Assembly (NCBI GenBank): GCA_942491995.1
Contig: CALOCX010000017.1
Span: forward strand, 309,919 to 373,918
DNA length: 64,000 nucleotides
Direction: 5' to 3'
Source of the DNA: an uncultured Gammaproteobacteria bacterium
GTDB lineage: Bacteria; Pseudomonadota; Gammaproteobacteria; UBA9214
Below, piece by piece: positions 53,425-63,278 of this stretch; position 1 is the stretch's first letter, and each line of letters begins with the position of its first letter. The translations under genes were made by a program, and so were the position numbers. A model generated the notes under the pieces. The model was not told the DNA's origin. It was given only the letters and a program-made list of their open reading frames with translations, and did no database searches.

Positions 53425-54157
53425 AGGTCGTGATTTCCTGCATGCGGTCTTCAATCCAGTCGGAGGCTTCGGTCAGTAGTTGCTGGGCGGTCTTACCGGC
53501 CGGATCAATCGGTGCACCGATGCGGACCTGTATGACTCCCGGCCACTTGATAAAGCTGCGACGTGGCCAGTATTCGCCCGCATTGTGAGCGACCGGAACG
53601 ATGGGATAACCGGTTTGTTCCGCCAGCACGGCACCACCGATACGGTAGCGCCCGCGTTGACCGGCCGGTATGCGGGTACCTTCAGGAAAGATGACCACCC
53701 AGATGCCTTCATTGAGACGTGCGCGTCCCTGGGTGACCAGCTGCTTGACGGCTGCCCTGCCGCTGCCGCGTTTGATGTGAATGCATTTCATCATTGCGAG
53801 GCCCCAGCCGAAGAACGGTAGCCACATTAATTCCCGCTTGGCTACCCAGACCTGAACAGGAAAGATTTGCTGCAGGGCAATCGTTTCCCAGGTGGACTGG
53901 TGCTTGGAAAAGACAATGCCGGCTTCCGGGGTGATATGTTCACTGCCCTGTACCTCGTGTGTCAGCTTGCAGGTAACCTTCAGCCACCAGAGGATAAAGT
54001 TCACCCATACCTGAAGCAGTCGCCAGCGTGTTTCCAGGGAAAAGAACACGGTAAACAGCAGCAGGGTAGCAAAGATCACCAGAGTGACGGGAAAGACGAT
54101 CCAGAAGGCCAGGGAGCGAAACCAGATGACCAGGTAGGGTGTGTTGTCAGTCGACAT
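53420..54157 (-). CDS. plsC: 1-acyl-sn-glycerol-3-phosphate acyltransferase
   Basis: KHQSTWE (HxxxxD/E), FPEGTR; glyQS-gmhB-plsC context. Confidence 0.88.
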   Translation of the reverse strand: MSTDNTPYLVIWFRSLAFWIVFPVTLVIFATLLLFTVFFSLETRWRLLQVWVNFILWWLKVTCKLTHEVQGSEHITPEAGIVFSKHQSTWETIALQQIFPVQVWVAKRELMWLPFFGWGLAMMKCIHIKRGSGRAAVKQLVTQGRARLNEGIWVVIFPEGTRIPAGQRGRYRIGGAVLAEQTGYPIVPVAHNAGEYWPRRSFIKWPGVIQVRIGAPIDPAGKTAQQLLTEASDWIEDRMQEITTL

Positions 54158-54165
54158 GGGATTTG

Positions 54166-54717
54166 TCAGTGTGTATTTGTGTCAGTGTTCAATAAATGAT
54201 TGACGACACTGTAGAGATCGTCAAATACGGCAACCTCCGGATCCAGTTCCGGACTGCTCACGGTACCGAACCCTTTACCTGTTTTGACCAGCACAGGGGT
54301 TGCGCCTGCGGCTTTGGCAGCCTCGATATCACGCAGTGAATCTCCAACGGCTGGTACGCCCTGCAAGCCAGTGCGCAGCCTGGCTGCGATATCGAGAAAC
54401 ATGCCCGGTTTCGGTTTGCGGCAGTTGCAGCCGTCATCCGGTCCATGCGGACAGAAGAACACGGCCTCGATCATGCCGCCGTTTTCGATGACGCGGTGCA
54501 GCATGGTCTCATGTATGCGGGCAAGGGTATCCAGGTCGAACAACCTGCGTGCAATGCCTGACTGGTTGGTTGCCACCACCACGTGCCAGCCTGCGCGATG
54601 CAGGCGGGCAATGGCCTCGAGACTGCCGCGAATGGGCTGCCATTCCGATGGCGACTTGATGAATTCATCGGAGTCTTCATTGATGACGCCATCACGGTCG
54701 AGGATGATCAGTTGCAT
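54166..54717 (-). CDS. gmhB: D,D-heptose 1,7-bisphosphate phosphatase
   Basis: LDRDGVIN, TNQSG, CPH...CNCRKPKPG, VGDSLRD. Confidence 0.93.
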   Translation of the reverse strand: MQLIILDRDGVINEDSDEFIKSPSEWQPIRGSLEAIARLHRAGWHVVVATNQSGIARRLFDLDTLARIHETMLHRVIENGGMIEAVFFCPHGPDDGCNCRKPKPGMFLDIAARLRTGLQGVPAVGDSLRDIEAAKAAGATPVLVKTGKGFGTVSSPELDPEVAVFDDLYSVVNHLLNTDTNTH

Positions 54718-55052
54718 CAGGTATTCCTGAATTCAGACACCCGTATACGACCATTGATCATGCGCGAGTTACGCTGCTCGAGCTTTTTCATCTTTGCCCA
54801 GAAGGCATCGTCAAGTCTGAAGTCGGCCGCAATGGCGGTGCCAAGCAACAGGATCATCAGGTCTGCACATTCCTCGGCGAGACTGTCGCGGTCCTTGCCC
54901 TTGGTGACACAGGCGGAAATTTCACCAAGTTCCTCGGTCATCAGGGCGATGCGGTAGGCCAGCTCTTCGCCACCGGTATTTTTAAAGTCGTGCTTGTCGT
55001 GGAACGCCTGTACGGCTGCAAGCATATTCCTGTATGAGTCTTTGTTAGGCAT
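54717..55052 (-). CDS. MazG-like nucleotide pyrophosphohydrolase
   Basis: TEELGEI...LAEECADL acidic metal-binding motif; TGATG coupling with gmhB. Confidence 0.85.
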   Translation of the reverse strand: MPNKDSYRNMLAAVQAFHDKHDFKNTGGEELAYRIALMTEELGEISACVTKGKDRDSLAEECADLMILLLGTAIAADFRLDDAFWAKMKKLEQRNSRMINGRIRVSEFRNT

Positions 55053-55122
55053 TATTTAAATTGTGTATCTATTCAGCTGGCCACAGAAACAAAAAGGCGA
55101 AAAACATTTATTAGAACATTTT

Positions 55123-55192
55123 GCCACGGAATCCACGGAAAACACGAAAAAATAACAGCCTTGGAAGTAATATTTCCGTGTTCTTCCGTGGC
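55123..55192. repeat. Inverted repeat built from CACGGAA units
   Basis: GCCACGGAAtcCACGGAAAACACGAAA ... TTTCCGTGttcTTCCGTGGC, 8 bp downstream of the glyS stop. Confidence 0.75.
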
Positions 55193-55200
55193 TAATGGGG

Positions 55201-57276
55201 TTATCCCTGCAGCAGGGAAATGTCAGCAACCTGCAGAAACAGTTCAGACAGTGACTGCAGCAGGGCGAGGCGATTGTCACGCAAGGCAACATCATCCGCC
55301 ATCACCATAACGTCATCGAAAAATGTATCCACCGGTGCTTGCAGGGCTGCCAGCTGACACAGGGCGTTGGTGTAGTCACGCTGTTCGAACAAGGGTCGAG
55401 TCTGCCTGTCGAGGTCCTGCAGTGCCACTGCCAGTGCCTTTTCCGCAGGCTCCAGCAGCAGCGTGGCATCGTAACTCGCCGGAATCGCCGTAGCAGACTT
55501 GCGCAGAATATTGCGAATGCGTTTGTTCGCCGCCGCCAGGCTGTCTGCTTCAGGCAGTGCACGAAAGGCCCGGACAGCGCGCATGCGTTGATCAAAGTCC
55601 AGCGGTCGCCGCGGTTGTCTGGCAAGCACGGCCTCGAATACGTGAACATCATAGCCTGCATCAAGATACCAGGCACGCAGGCGATCCATCATGAAACTGA
55701 ACAAGGGGTCACCGATGCTGGCGGCATCAAGAGCGGCGGGAAAATTGCTCGCCGCGGTGTCAATGAACGCGCGCAGATCGAGATCGAGTTGCTTTTCAAT
55801 CAATATACGCAGCAGTCCGAGTGCCGAACGACGCAGGCCGAACGGATCCTTGTCACCCGTCGGTGTCTGTCCAATGGCGAAGATGCCAACCAGCGTATCG
55901 AGTCGTTCGGCGATCGCCAGTAGCTGCCCGGTGTCGGAGGCCGGCAGGGTGTCGCCGGCAAAGCGTGGCTGGTACTGTTCATCCAGTGCCCTGGCGACGG
56001 CTTCGTCCTCGCCATCGTGCAATGCATAGTAACGCCCCATGATGCCCTGCAAGTCGGGGAACTCGAACACCATGCTGGTGACCAGGTCGCATTTGCACAG
56101 GGATGCCGCACGCTGTACCTGCTCGACGTTGAAGCCCAGTTGACCGGCGAGGGCAGTGGCAATCGCGGCAATGCGGGTTTGCTTGTCTCCCAGCGAGCCG
56201 AGCCTTTTCTGGAAAGTCATGTCGTCGAGCTGCACGGCGCGACTGTGCAATGTTTGCTTGCGGTCCTGGTTCCAGAAGAATACCGCATCCTCGAGACGGG
56301 CCCGGATGACGCGCTCGTTGCCGGCCTTGATCTGCTGCGGATCCTTGCTGGCAATGTTGGCGACGGTGATGAAGTGCGGCAGCAGTTTGCCGTGTTCATC
56401 GACGACAGGAAAATATTTCTGGTGGTCCTGCATGCTGGAGATCAGGGCTTCTGCCGGCACCTCGAGAAAGTGCGGGTCATAACTGCCGCTGATGGCCACC
56501 GGCCATTCCACCAGTGCGGTGACCTCGTCGAGCAGGGCTGCATCGATCAGTGCCTGGCCGCCGAGAGCAGCGCCGGCTTCCATGACCTGTGTGCGGATGG
56601 AATCCCGCCGCCGTTCCATGTCCACCTCGACCATGCCGTCCTGTTGCAGCGTCTGCACATAGGCATCCGCCGTTGCGATTGCAATGGCTTCGTTGCGATG
56701 GAAGCGGTGGCCGCGTGAATAGCGGCCGCTGTCGATACCCAGTACGTTCGCTGATATGGCTTCATTACCGAACAGCAGCACCATCCAGTGGAGTGGCCGT
56801 ACGAATTCGATTTCCGAATTGCCCCAGCGCATGCGTTTCGGCATCGGCAGGGTTTTTAGTGCCTTTTCAACCAGCCCGGGTAATACCTCGCTGCTGGCCT
56901 GGCCGCTCTCCGTGGAGTGATACACCAGCCAGCTACCCTTGTCGGTCTGCAGCTCCTCGAGTTCGCTCACCGTTACCCCACAGGAACGCGCGAAGCCCTC
57001 GGCCGGTTTGGTCGGATTGCCATCGGCATCAAAGGCGGCTTTCAGTGCCGGACCGCGTTTCGTGACCTCACGGTCAGGTTGTGCCACGGGTACATCCCTG
57101 ATGAGCAGCGCCAGCCGCCGCGGTGTGGCATAGGCATGGCTACTGCCATGTGCCAGCCGGTTTTCATCCAGCAAGGTATCCAGTGAAGTCCGCAGTGCAT
57201 CGCGCATGCGCCGCAGTGCCTTCGGCGGTAACTCCTCGGTACCGATCTCGATGAGCAAATCACGGCTTGGTGTCAT
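55201..57276 (-). CDS. glyS: Glycyl-tRNA synthetase beta subunit
   Basis: [46 protein letters not shown]. Confidence 0.98.
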   Translation of the reverse strand: MTPSRDLLIEIGTEELPPKALRRMRDALRTSLDTLLDENRLAHGSSHAYATPRRLALLIRDVPVAQPDREVTKRGPALKAAFDADGNPTKPAEGFARSCGVTVSELEELQTDKGSWLVYHSTESGQASSEVLPGLVEKALKTLPMPKRMRWGNSEIEFVRPLHWMVLLFGNEAISANVLGIDSGRYSRGHRFHRNEAIAIATADAYVQTLQQDGMVEVDMERRRDSIRTQVMEAGAALGGQALIDAALLDEVTALVEWPVAISGSYDPHFLEVPAEALISSMQDHQKYFPVVDEHGKLLPHFITVANIASKDPQQIKAGNERVIRARLEDAVFFWNQDRKQTLHSRAVQLDDMTFQKRLGSLGDKQTRIAAIATALAGQLGFNVEQVQRAASLCKCDLVTSMVFEFPDLQGIMGRYYALHDGEDEAVARALDEQYQPRFAGDTLPASDTGQLLAIAERLDTLVGIFAIGQTPTGDKDPFGLRRSALGLLRILIEKQLDLDLRAFIDTAASNFPAALDAASIGDPLFSFMMDRLRAWYLDAGYDVHVFEAVLARQPRRPLDFDQRMRAVRAFRALPEADSLAAANKRIRNILRKSATAIPASYDATLLLEPAEKALAVALQDLDRQTRPLFEQRDYTNALCQLAALQAPVDTFFDDVMVMADDVALRDNRLALLQSLSELFLQVADISLLQG

Positions 57277-58184
57277 GCGTCACCCCCGTTGTCGGTGAGC
57301 ATGGGGAAGCCAAGTGCCTCGCGGGCTGCATAATAGGCCTCTGCCACCTGCCGGGAGAGGGTGCGTACGCGCAGGATGTAGCGTTGCCGTTCCGTCACCG
57401 AAATGGCATTACGCGCGTCCAGCAGGTTGAAGGTATGCGAGGCCTTGAGCACCATTTCGTAGGCTGGCAGTGGTAGTTGCGCCTCGATCAGGCGGTTGCT
57501 CTCGCGTTCGCAGGTATCGAACCAGTCGAGTAATGAAGCCACATCGGCATGTTCGAAATTGTAGGCCGACATCTCGACTTCGTTCTGATGATAGACATCA
57601 CCGTAGCTGACCGGGCCATCGGGTCCTTCGGTCCACACCAGGTCAAAGACGCTTTCGGCTTCCTGCAGGTACATGGCAATGCGTTCCAGGCCGTAGGTCA
57701 ACTCGCCGCTGACCGGGCGACACTCGAGGCCGCCGACCTGCTGAAAATAGGTGAATTGCGAAACCTCCATGCCATTCAGCCAGATCTCCCAGCCGAGGCC
57801 CCAGGCCCCCAGCGTTGGTGATTCCCAGTTATCCTCGACAAAGCGGATGTCATGCACCAGTGGATCGATTCCCAGTTCATGCAGCGAACCCAGGTACAGA
57901 TCCTGTATGTCCAGGGGCGATGGTTTCAGTAGCACCTGGTACTGGTAATAATGCTGCAGGCGGTTCGGGTTTTCGCCATAGCGGCCATCGGTAGGACGGC
58001 GCGAGGGCTGTACATAGGCTGCACGCCAGGGCTCCGGACCGATGGCGCGCAGGAAGGTGGCCGGGTGAAAGGTGCCGGCGCCGACCTCCATGTCATACGG
58101 TTGTAGCAAGGCGCAGCCCTGCCGGCTCCAGTAGTCCTGCAGCGCAAGAATCAGGCCCTGAAATGTTTTAGGTGTTTCTGCCAC
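57273..58184 (-). CDS. glyQ: Glycyl-tRNA synthetase alpha subunit
   Basis: [38 protein letters not shown]. Confidence 0.99.
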   Translation of the reverse strand: MAETPKTFQGLILALQDYWSRQGCALLQPYDMEVGAGTFHPATFLRAIGPEPWRAAYVQPSRRPTDGRYGENPNRLQHYYQYQVLLKPSPLDIQDLYLGSLHELGIDPLVHDIRFVEDNWESPTLGAWGLGWEIWLNGMEVSQFTYFQQVGGLECRPVSGELTYGLERIAMYLQEAESVFDLVWTEGPDGPVSYGDVYHQNEVEMSAYNFEHADVASLLDWFDTCERESNRLIEAQLPLPAYEMVLKASHTFNLLDARNAISVTERQRYILRVRTLSRQVAEAYYAAREALGFPMLTDNGGDA

Positions 58185-58405
58185 GGTTTTTTCAGATGAT
58201 TGTTATGCAGTTTGCAAGCCACACAGTATAGCGTGCAGTGCCTCAAATTTCGCTACAGCTGCCACCGCGATGTCAACTATATGTGTCTTTCGTGACAATC
58301 TGCGTGTCTCTATGGTAAATGTGACAGGTCGATGTGCGCAGCAGGCGCCTTCAGCAGCCGTCACGGCGGGTCGACACATTATCAGTACCCAGGTGGAGGA
58401 AAAGC

Positions 58406-58972
58406 ATGTCCAGGCTAATTCTCGAACCCACACCCCAGGCCCAGTGGCAGGCCCTGGTGCACGAGGCGCAGGCAGCCTGCCACCGGCACCTGGATGAATC
58501 ACTGGAAAGTTACCTGGTATTCTTGCTAATGCGTTTTGCCGACAGGCCGTACTGTACGGCGCGCGTTATGGCTGAAGACTATCTCAAGTCACAAGCGCTT
58601 CATGGAGAACAGCGTGCCGGGCGGTTGCGCGAGGTAGGGGACCACTGCCTGTTGTTCTCCGGCCTGTTCCCGCAGCTGGCTGAACGCCGCCTGGTACCCG
58701 TCAGTTATTTCGTCAACATCGGACGGGGTTCCTACCGGCAATTGTCCACGGTGCTGGATCGGGGCTGGAGTTCGGTCTACAGCCATCTGTCCGAGGCCTT
58801 TGTGGTACTGATGGATATACTGCACGCCATGCGCGGCCTCGGCGGTGAGACCGTGCTGACACCTATCCAGGCCATGGACCTGTGGCAGGATACCGGCAGC
58901 CGCCGCTGCTATGAGCAGATGTGTGCTGACGGTCATATCAGTCCGGCCCCTGCGTCCACTGAAAGGCACTGA
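58406..58972 (+). CDS. Conserved-looking hypothetical protein
   Basis: GGAGG RBS before ATG 58406; LESYLVFLL and LREVGDHCLLFSGLFP...YFVNIGRGSY. Confidence 0.7.
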   Translation: MSRLILEPTPQAQWQALVHEAQAACHRHLDESLESYLVFLLMRFADRPYCTARVMAEDYLKSQALHGEQRAGRLREVGDHCLLFSGLFPQLAERRLVPVSYFVNIGRGSYRQLSTVLDRGWSSVYSHLSEAFVVLMDILHAMRGLGGETVLTPIQAMDLWQDTGSRRCYEQMCADGHISPAPASTERH

Positions 58973-59073
58973 ATCTCCGGGTCATCTAACAGGTTTTCTG
59001 CCGCGTGCGCTGCGCATGCGGTAGAATGGCGCGATAGTTTTCTCCACACCTCAATCACGCCTGTTCATTCACC

Positions 59074-60117
59074 ATGCCCAGAGAAGTAAAAGCCGTTGCA
59101 CTGATTTCCGGTGGTCTCGATTCTTTGCTTGCGGCACGCGTCGTGATGCAGCAGGGCGTCCACGTTGAAGGCATCAATTTCTACACCGGCTTTTGTGTCG
59201 AAGGCCACACCCACGCCATCCGCAAGAAGGACCGGCAACGGCCAAAGCGCAACAATGCCCTGTGGTCCGCGGAACAGCTTGGCATCAAGCTGCACATCGT
59301 CGACATTATCGAAGAATACAAGGATGTTGTGATCAACCCGAAACACGGTTATGGCAGCAACCTCAATCCGTGCCTTGATTGCAAGGTCTTCATGGTCAAC
59401 AAGGCACGTGAATGGATAGACGCGAACGGTTTCGATTTCATTATTACCGGTGAAGTCATCGGCCAGCGACCCATGTCACAGCGCAAGGATACGATGCCGG
59501 TCATCGCGCGGGACTCGGGTGCCGGTGAACGACTGGTGCGGCCGCTGTGCGCAAGGAATTTGCCTGCAACGTTGCCCGAGAAAGAGGGCTGGCTGGATCG
59601 TGAACGCCTGTATGGTTTCAATGGTCGTTCACGCAAGCCGCAAATGGCGCTGGCAAAACAATTCGGTTTCGAGGATTACGCACAGCCGGCCGGTGGCTGC
59701 TGTTTCCTTACCGACAAGCAATATTCGGTGAAGCTGGCAGACCTCTGGAAGGCCCGCGGCACCCGTGAATACGACCTCGACGATATCATGCTGCTGAAGG
59801 TCGGGCGGCACTTGCGGCCTCGCGCACATTTCAAAATCATCGTCGGCCGCGAAGAAGGCGAAAACCGCTTTCTCGAAGGCTATAGAAAGCGTTTTATCAG
59901 CATGATCCCGACCAGTCATACGGGTCCTCTGGTACTGATCGATGGCGAGGTCGGAGCTGATGATATTGAGCTGGCGGCTCGCCTGGCGGTACGCTTCAGC
60001 CAGGGACGTGATGCAGAGCGTGTCACGGTTGAGATCAGGCAGACAGATGGCATGACACATTCACTGCAGGTCATTCCCATGGCGAGCGAAGCGATACCCG
60101 GGGACTGGTATGTCTGA
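59074..60117 (+). CDS. PP-loop tRNA thiolase, ThiI-like catalytic domain without THUMP, with C-terminal NFACT-R/DUF814-like region
   Basis: SGGLDS, PCLDCK, TGEVIGQRPMSQ, GGCCF; C-terminal GRHLR...IVGREEGEN...GPLVLI. Confidence 0.75.
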   Translation: MPREVKAVALISGGLDSLLAARVVMQQGVHVEGINFYTGFCVEGHTHAIRKKDRQRPKRNNALWSAEQLGIKLHIVDIIEEYKDVVINPKHGYGSNLNPCLDCKVFMVNKAREWIDANGFDFIITGEVIGQRPMSQRKDTMPVIARDSGAGERLVRPLCARNLPATLPEKEGWLDRERLYGFNGRSRKPQMALAKQFGFEDYAQPAGGCCFLTDKQYSVKLADLWKARGTREYDLDDIMLLKVGRHLRPRAHFKIIVGREEGENRFLEGYRKRFISMIPTSHTGPLVLIDGEVGADDIELAARLAVRFSQGRDAERVTVEIRQTDGMTHSLQVIPMASEAIPGDWYV

Positions 60118-60167
60118 GTGTGGCCTGACAGTGAAGAGTAGCCCCGTGTGCCAGGCGCTTGCCTAGC

Positions 60168-60401
60168 ATGGTTGCCATCACTGTCGATGCCCGTAACCTG
60201 CTGTGTCCGATGCCGGTGATTCGCACCCAGGACGCGGTGTTAAAATTGCAGCCGGGTGATTCAATCAGGGTACTGTGTACCGACCCGGGGGTGTTGCATG
60301 ACATTCCCGCCTGGTGCCGGGTACACGGTCACGAAATCTGCAACATCGAAGAGCAAGAACATGAAATTACCATTACCCTTCGGGTGGGCCAGTCCGGCTA
60401 G
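60168..60401 (+). CDS. tusA: TusA-family sulfur carrier
   Basis: VDARNLLCPMP, TDPG...DIPAWC. Confidence 0.85.
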   Translation: MVAITVDARNLLCPMPVIRTQDAVLKLQPGDSIRVLCTDPGVLHDIPAWCRVHGHEICNIEEQEHEITITLRVGQSG

Positions 60402-60407
60402 TCTGTC

Positions 60408-61574
60408 ATGAGTCACACGCACCTTCCCGATCCGCTGGATGCACGCTACCAGGACATCCGCAAGGTGACACTGGTTGGTGCTGTCGTCGACCTGGTGCTG
60501 GGTGTTGCCAAGATCATTGTCGGTGTCATTGCCAGTTCACAGGCATTGATTGCCGACGGCATCCATTCACTGTCTGACCTGGCAACGGATTTCCTGGTGC
60601 TGTTTGCCGCCAAGCATGCGCATCGCGAGGCCGACGACGAACACCCATATGGCCATGGCCGCATTGAGACCGTGGCGACGGTGGTGCTGGGCGTGTCACT
60701 GGTCGTTGTTGCCATCGGCATCAGCTACGACGCGGTACGGCGCCTGATGGCGCCGGAATTACTGCTGCATCCGGGCTGGATGGCATTGCTGGTCGCGGTG
60801 ATCTCGGTGCTGTCGAAGGAACTGATCTACCAGTACACTGCTCGTGCGGCACGCCGTCTGCGATCAAAGATGCTGCATGCCAATGCCTGGCACAGCCGCA
60901 GCGATGCCATTTCCTCGATCATCGTCGTCATTGGTGTTGTCGCAACCATGCTGGGCTACCCCTCTTTTGATGCACTGGCCGCCGTAGCGGTTGCACTGAT
61001 GGTTGCCAAGATCGGCTGGGATCTGCTGTGGCAAAGCCTGCAGGAATTGATTGATACTGCGCTGGACCCGGAGAGGGTCGAGGCGATCCGTGAAACCATC
61101 ATGGCGGTGGATGGTGTGCGTACCTGTCATATGCTGCGTACGCGCCACAGTGGCAGTGATGCCCTGGTGGATGTGCATATCCAGGTGGATCCGGCATTGA
61201 GTGTCTCGGAGGGCCACCAGATTGGCGAGGCGGTTCGCTGGCGCCTGATCAAAACCATTGACGATGTCTCGGACGTCACGGTGCATATTGACCCCGAGGA
61301 TGATGAACTGGCCTCGTCCTGTAAGGGGTTGCCGTTGCGCGATGAAGTCCTGCGGCGGCTTGAACAGCAATGGCAGCACCTGGATATCGGCGAGCGTCTC
61401 GACAAGGTGGTGGTGCACTACCTCAATGGCAAGGTGCATGTGGAAGTGTTTCTGAACAGCACTGGTGAGGATTCACAGCAGCTTGCCGATTTGTCCGCGG
61501 CGATCCGAGAGGCGGCGCAAAAGGCGCAGGACATCGGTGATGTGAGTGTCTATATCCAACATGAAATGCACTAA
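60408..61574 (+). CDS. Cation diffusion facilitator transporter (FieF-like) with extra C-terminal domain
   Basis: HSLSD and HSRSD metal-site motifs, HPYGHGR, VHIDPE, then about 90 additional residues. Confidence 0.9.
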   Translation: MSHTHLPDPLDARYQDIRKVTLVGAVVDLVLGVAKIIVGVIASSQALIADGIHSLSDLATDFLVLFAAKHAHREADDEHPYGHGRIETVATVVLGVSLVVVAIGISYDAVRRLMAPELLLHPGWMALLVAVISVLSKELIYQYTARAARRLRSKMLHANAWHSRSDAISSIIVVIGVVATMLGYPSFDALAAVAVALMVAKIGWDLLWQSLQELIDTALDPERVEAIRETIMAVDGVRTCHMLRTRHSGSDALVDVHIQVDPALSVSEGHQIGEAVRWRLIKTIDDVSDVTVHIDPEDDELASSCKGLPLRDEVLRRLEQQWQHLDIGERLDKVVVHYLNGKVHVEVFLNSTGEDSQQLADLSAAIREAAQKAQDIGDVSVYIQHEMH

Positions 61575-61614
61575 AATAGTGCGTTCTGATAACGGATTGC
61601 ACATAAATGGTGCG
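61567..61614. promoter_or_regulatory. Tandem NtrC enhancer sites
   Basis: TGCACTAAAATAGTGCG (61567-83) and TGCACATAAATGGTGCG (61598-614), 31 bp apart, matching the NtrC consensus TGCAC-N7-GTGCA with one terminal mismatch each. Confidence 0.88.
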
Positions 61615-61677
61615 CCTGCGGGTGGTGCAGGGTTGCTAACTGCGTGAATTACCGGTAGTTGCCCGCCACCACGACCA

Positions 61678-61693
61678 TGGCATAATTCCTGCT
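61678..61693 (+). promoter_or_regulatory. sigma54 -24/-12 promoter of glnA
   Basis: TGGCATAATTCCTGCT = GG-N10-GC, about 65 bp downstream of the NtrC sites. Confidence 0.88.
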
Positions 61694-61792
61694 TCAAGAA
61701 GAAGCAGGATTGTAGAGATTTGTATGTGTCCACCGTTGTCGCCTGATAGCGGCGTGTTATTTTTTAGTGCAAGTTGAATTGGAGGAGTTGTA

Positions 61793-63202
61793 ATGTCTGT
61801 AGCAAAAGTTACGAAAATGATGAAGGACAACGAGGTTAAATACGTTGACCTGCGGTTCACCGATACCATTGGCAAGGAGCAGCACGTGACCATGCCCGTG
61901 AGCCAGGCAGGCAGCAGCCTGTTCAAGGATGGCAAGATGTTTGACGGTTCCAGTATCGCCGGCTGGAAGGGCATTAATGAATCAGACATGGTACTGATGC
62001 CGGATACGACCACCGCCGTGATGGACCTGTTCAGTGACGAGCCGACCATCAATATCCGCTGCGACATTCTTGAACCGATGACCATGCAGGGTTACGAACG
62101 TGATCCGCGGTCCATCGCCAGACGTGCCGAGGACTACCTTAAATCCACCAAGATTGCCGATACGGCTTTCTTTGGCCCGGAGCCGGAATTCTTCGTGCTC
62201 GACGATGTGCGCTGGGGTGCCGACATGAGCGGTTCCTTCTGCAAGGTGGATTCAGAGGAAGCCTCGTGGAACTCCGAGCGTGTCTTTGAAGATGGCAACA
62301 TCGGTCACCGTCCGACGGTCAAGGGTGGTTATTTCCCGGTTCCGCCGGTGGACTCGTTGCATGACCTGCGTGGTGCCATGTGTCTGGCTCTTGAGGAGAT
62401 GGGCGTTGCCGTCGAGGTGCATCACCATGAGGTGGCGACCGCCGGGCAGTGCGAAATCGGTACCCGCTTCGATACCCTGGTCGCACGCGCTGATCAGAAC
62501 CAGATTCTCAAGTACGTGGTGCATAATGTCGCACACGGCTATGGCAAGACGGCTACCTTCATGCCCAAGCCGATTGTCGGTGACAATGGCAGTGGTATGC
62601 ACGTGCACCAGTCACTGGCAAAGGACGGCAAGAACATCTTCACCGGCAACAAGTACGGTGGTCTGTCCCAGCAGGCACTGTATTACATCGGTGGCATCTT
62701 CAAGCATGCACGCGCCCTGAATGCTTTTACCAATGCCAGCACCAACAGCTACAAGCGCCTGGTGCCGGGATTCGAGGCACCGGTGATGCTGGCCTATTCG
62801 GCACGAAACCGTTCCGCCTCGGTGCGTATCCCGTTTGAATCCAACCCGAAAGGCCGCCGTGTCGAGGTGCGTTTCCCGGATTCAGCCGGTAACCCCTACC
62901 TGTGCTTCTCTGCCATGCTGATGGCCGGTCTTGACGGTATCAAGAACAAGATCGATCCGGGCGATGCCATGGACAAGGACCTGTACGACCTGCCACCGGA
63001 GGAAGGGAGAATGATCCCGACCGTGTGCAGTTCGCTGGATCAGGCACTGGATGCGCTGGATGCAGACCGCGCCTTCCTGACTGCCGGTGGCGTGTTTACT
63101 GACGACATGATTGACGGCTACATCGATCTGAAGATGGAAGAAGTCACGCGCCTGCGCATGACCACCCATCCGGTCGAGTTTGATATGTACTATAGCCTCT
63201 AA
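61793..63202 (+). CDS. glnA: Glutamine synthetase type I
   Basis: [46 protein letters not shown] (adenylylation site), EFDMYYSL. Confidence 0.99.
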   Translation: MSVAKVTKMMKDNEVKYVDLRFTDTIGKEQHVTMPVSQAGSSLFKDGKMFDGSSIAGWKGINESDMVLMPDTTTAVMDLFSDEPTINIRCDILEPMTMQGYERDPRSIARRAEDYLKSTKIADTAFFGPEPEFFVLDDVRWGADMSGSFCKVDSEEASWNSERVFEDGNIGHRPTVKGGYFPVPPVDSLHDLRGAMCLALEEMGVAVEVHHHEVATAGQCEIGTRFDTLVARADQNQILKYVVHNVAHGYGKTATFMPKPIVGDNGSGMHVHQSLAKDGKNIFTGNKYGGLSQQALYYIGGIFKHARALNAFTNASTNSYKRLVPGFEAPVMLAYSARNRSASVRIPFESNPKGRRVEVRFPDSAGNPYLCFSAMLMAGLDGIKNKIDPGDAMDKDLYDLPPEEGRMIPTVCSSLDQALDALDADRAFLTAGGVFTDDMIDGYIDLKMEEVTRLRMTTHPVEFDMYYSL

Positions 63203-63224
63203 CGGGTTCGCAGTGTTGTACCAT

Positions 63225-63260
63225 AAAGCCCCGCTCAGGTAGCGGGGCTTTTTGTTGTTT
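63225..63260 (+). terminator. Rho-independent terminator after glnA
   Basis: AAAGCCCCGCT-caggt-AGCGGGGCTTT followed by TTGTTGTTT. Confidence 0.92.
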
Positions 63261-63278
63261 ACAGGCAGGGGTGAAGTG

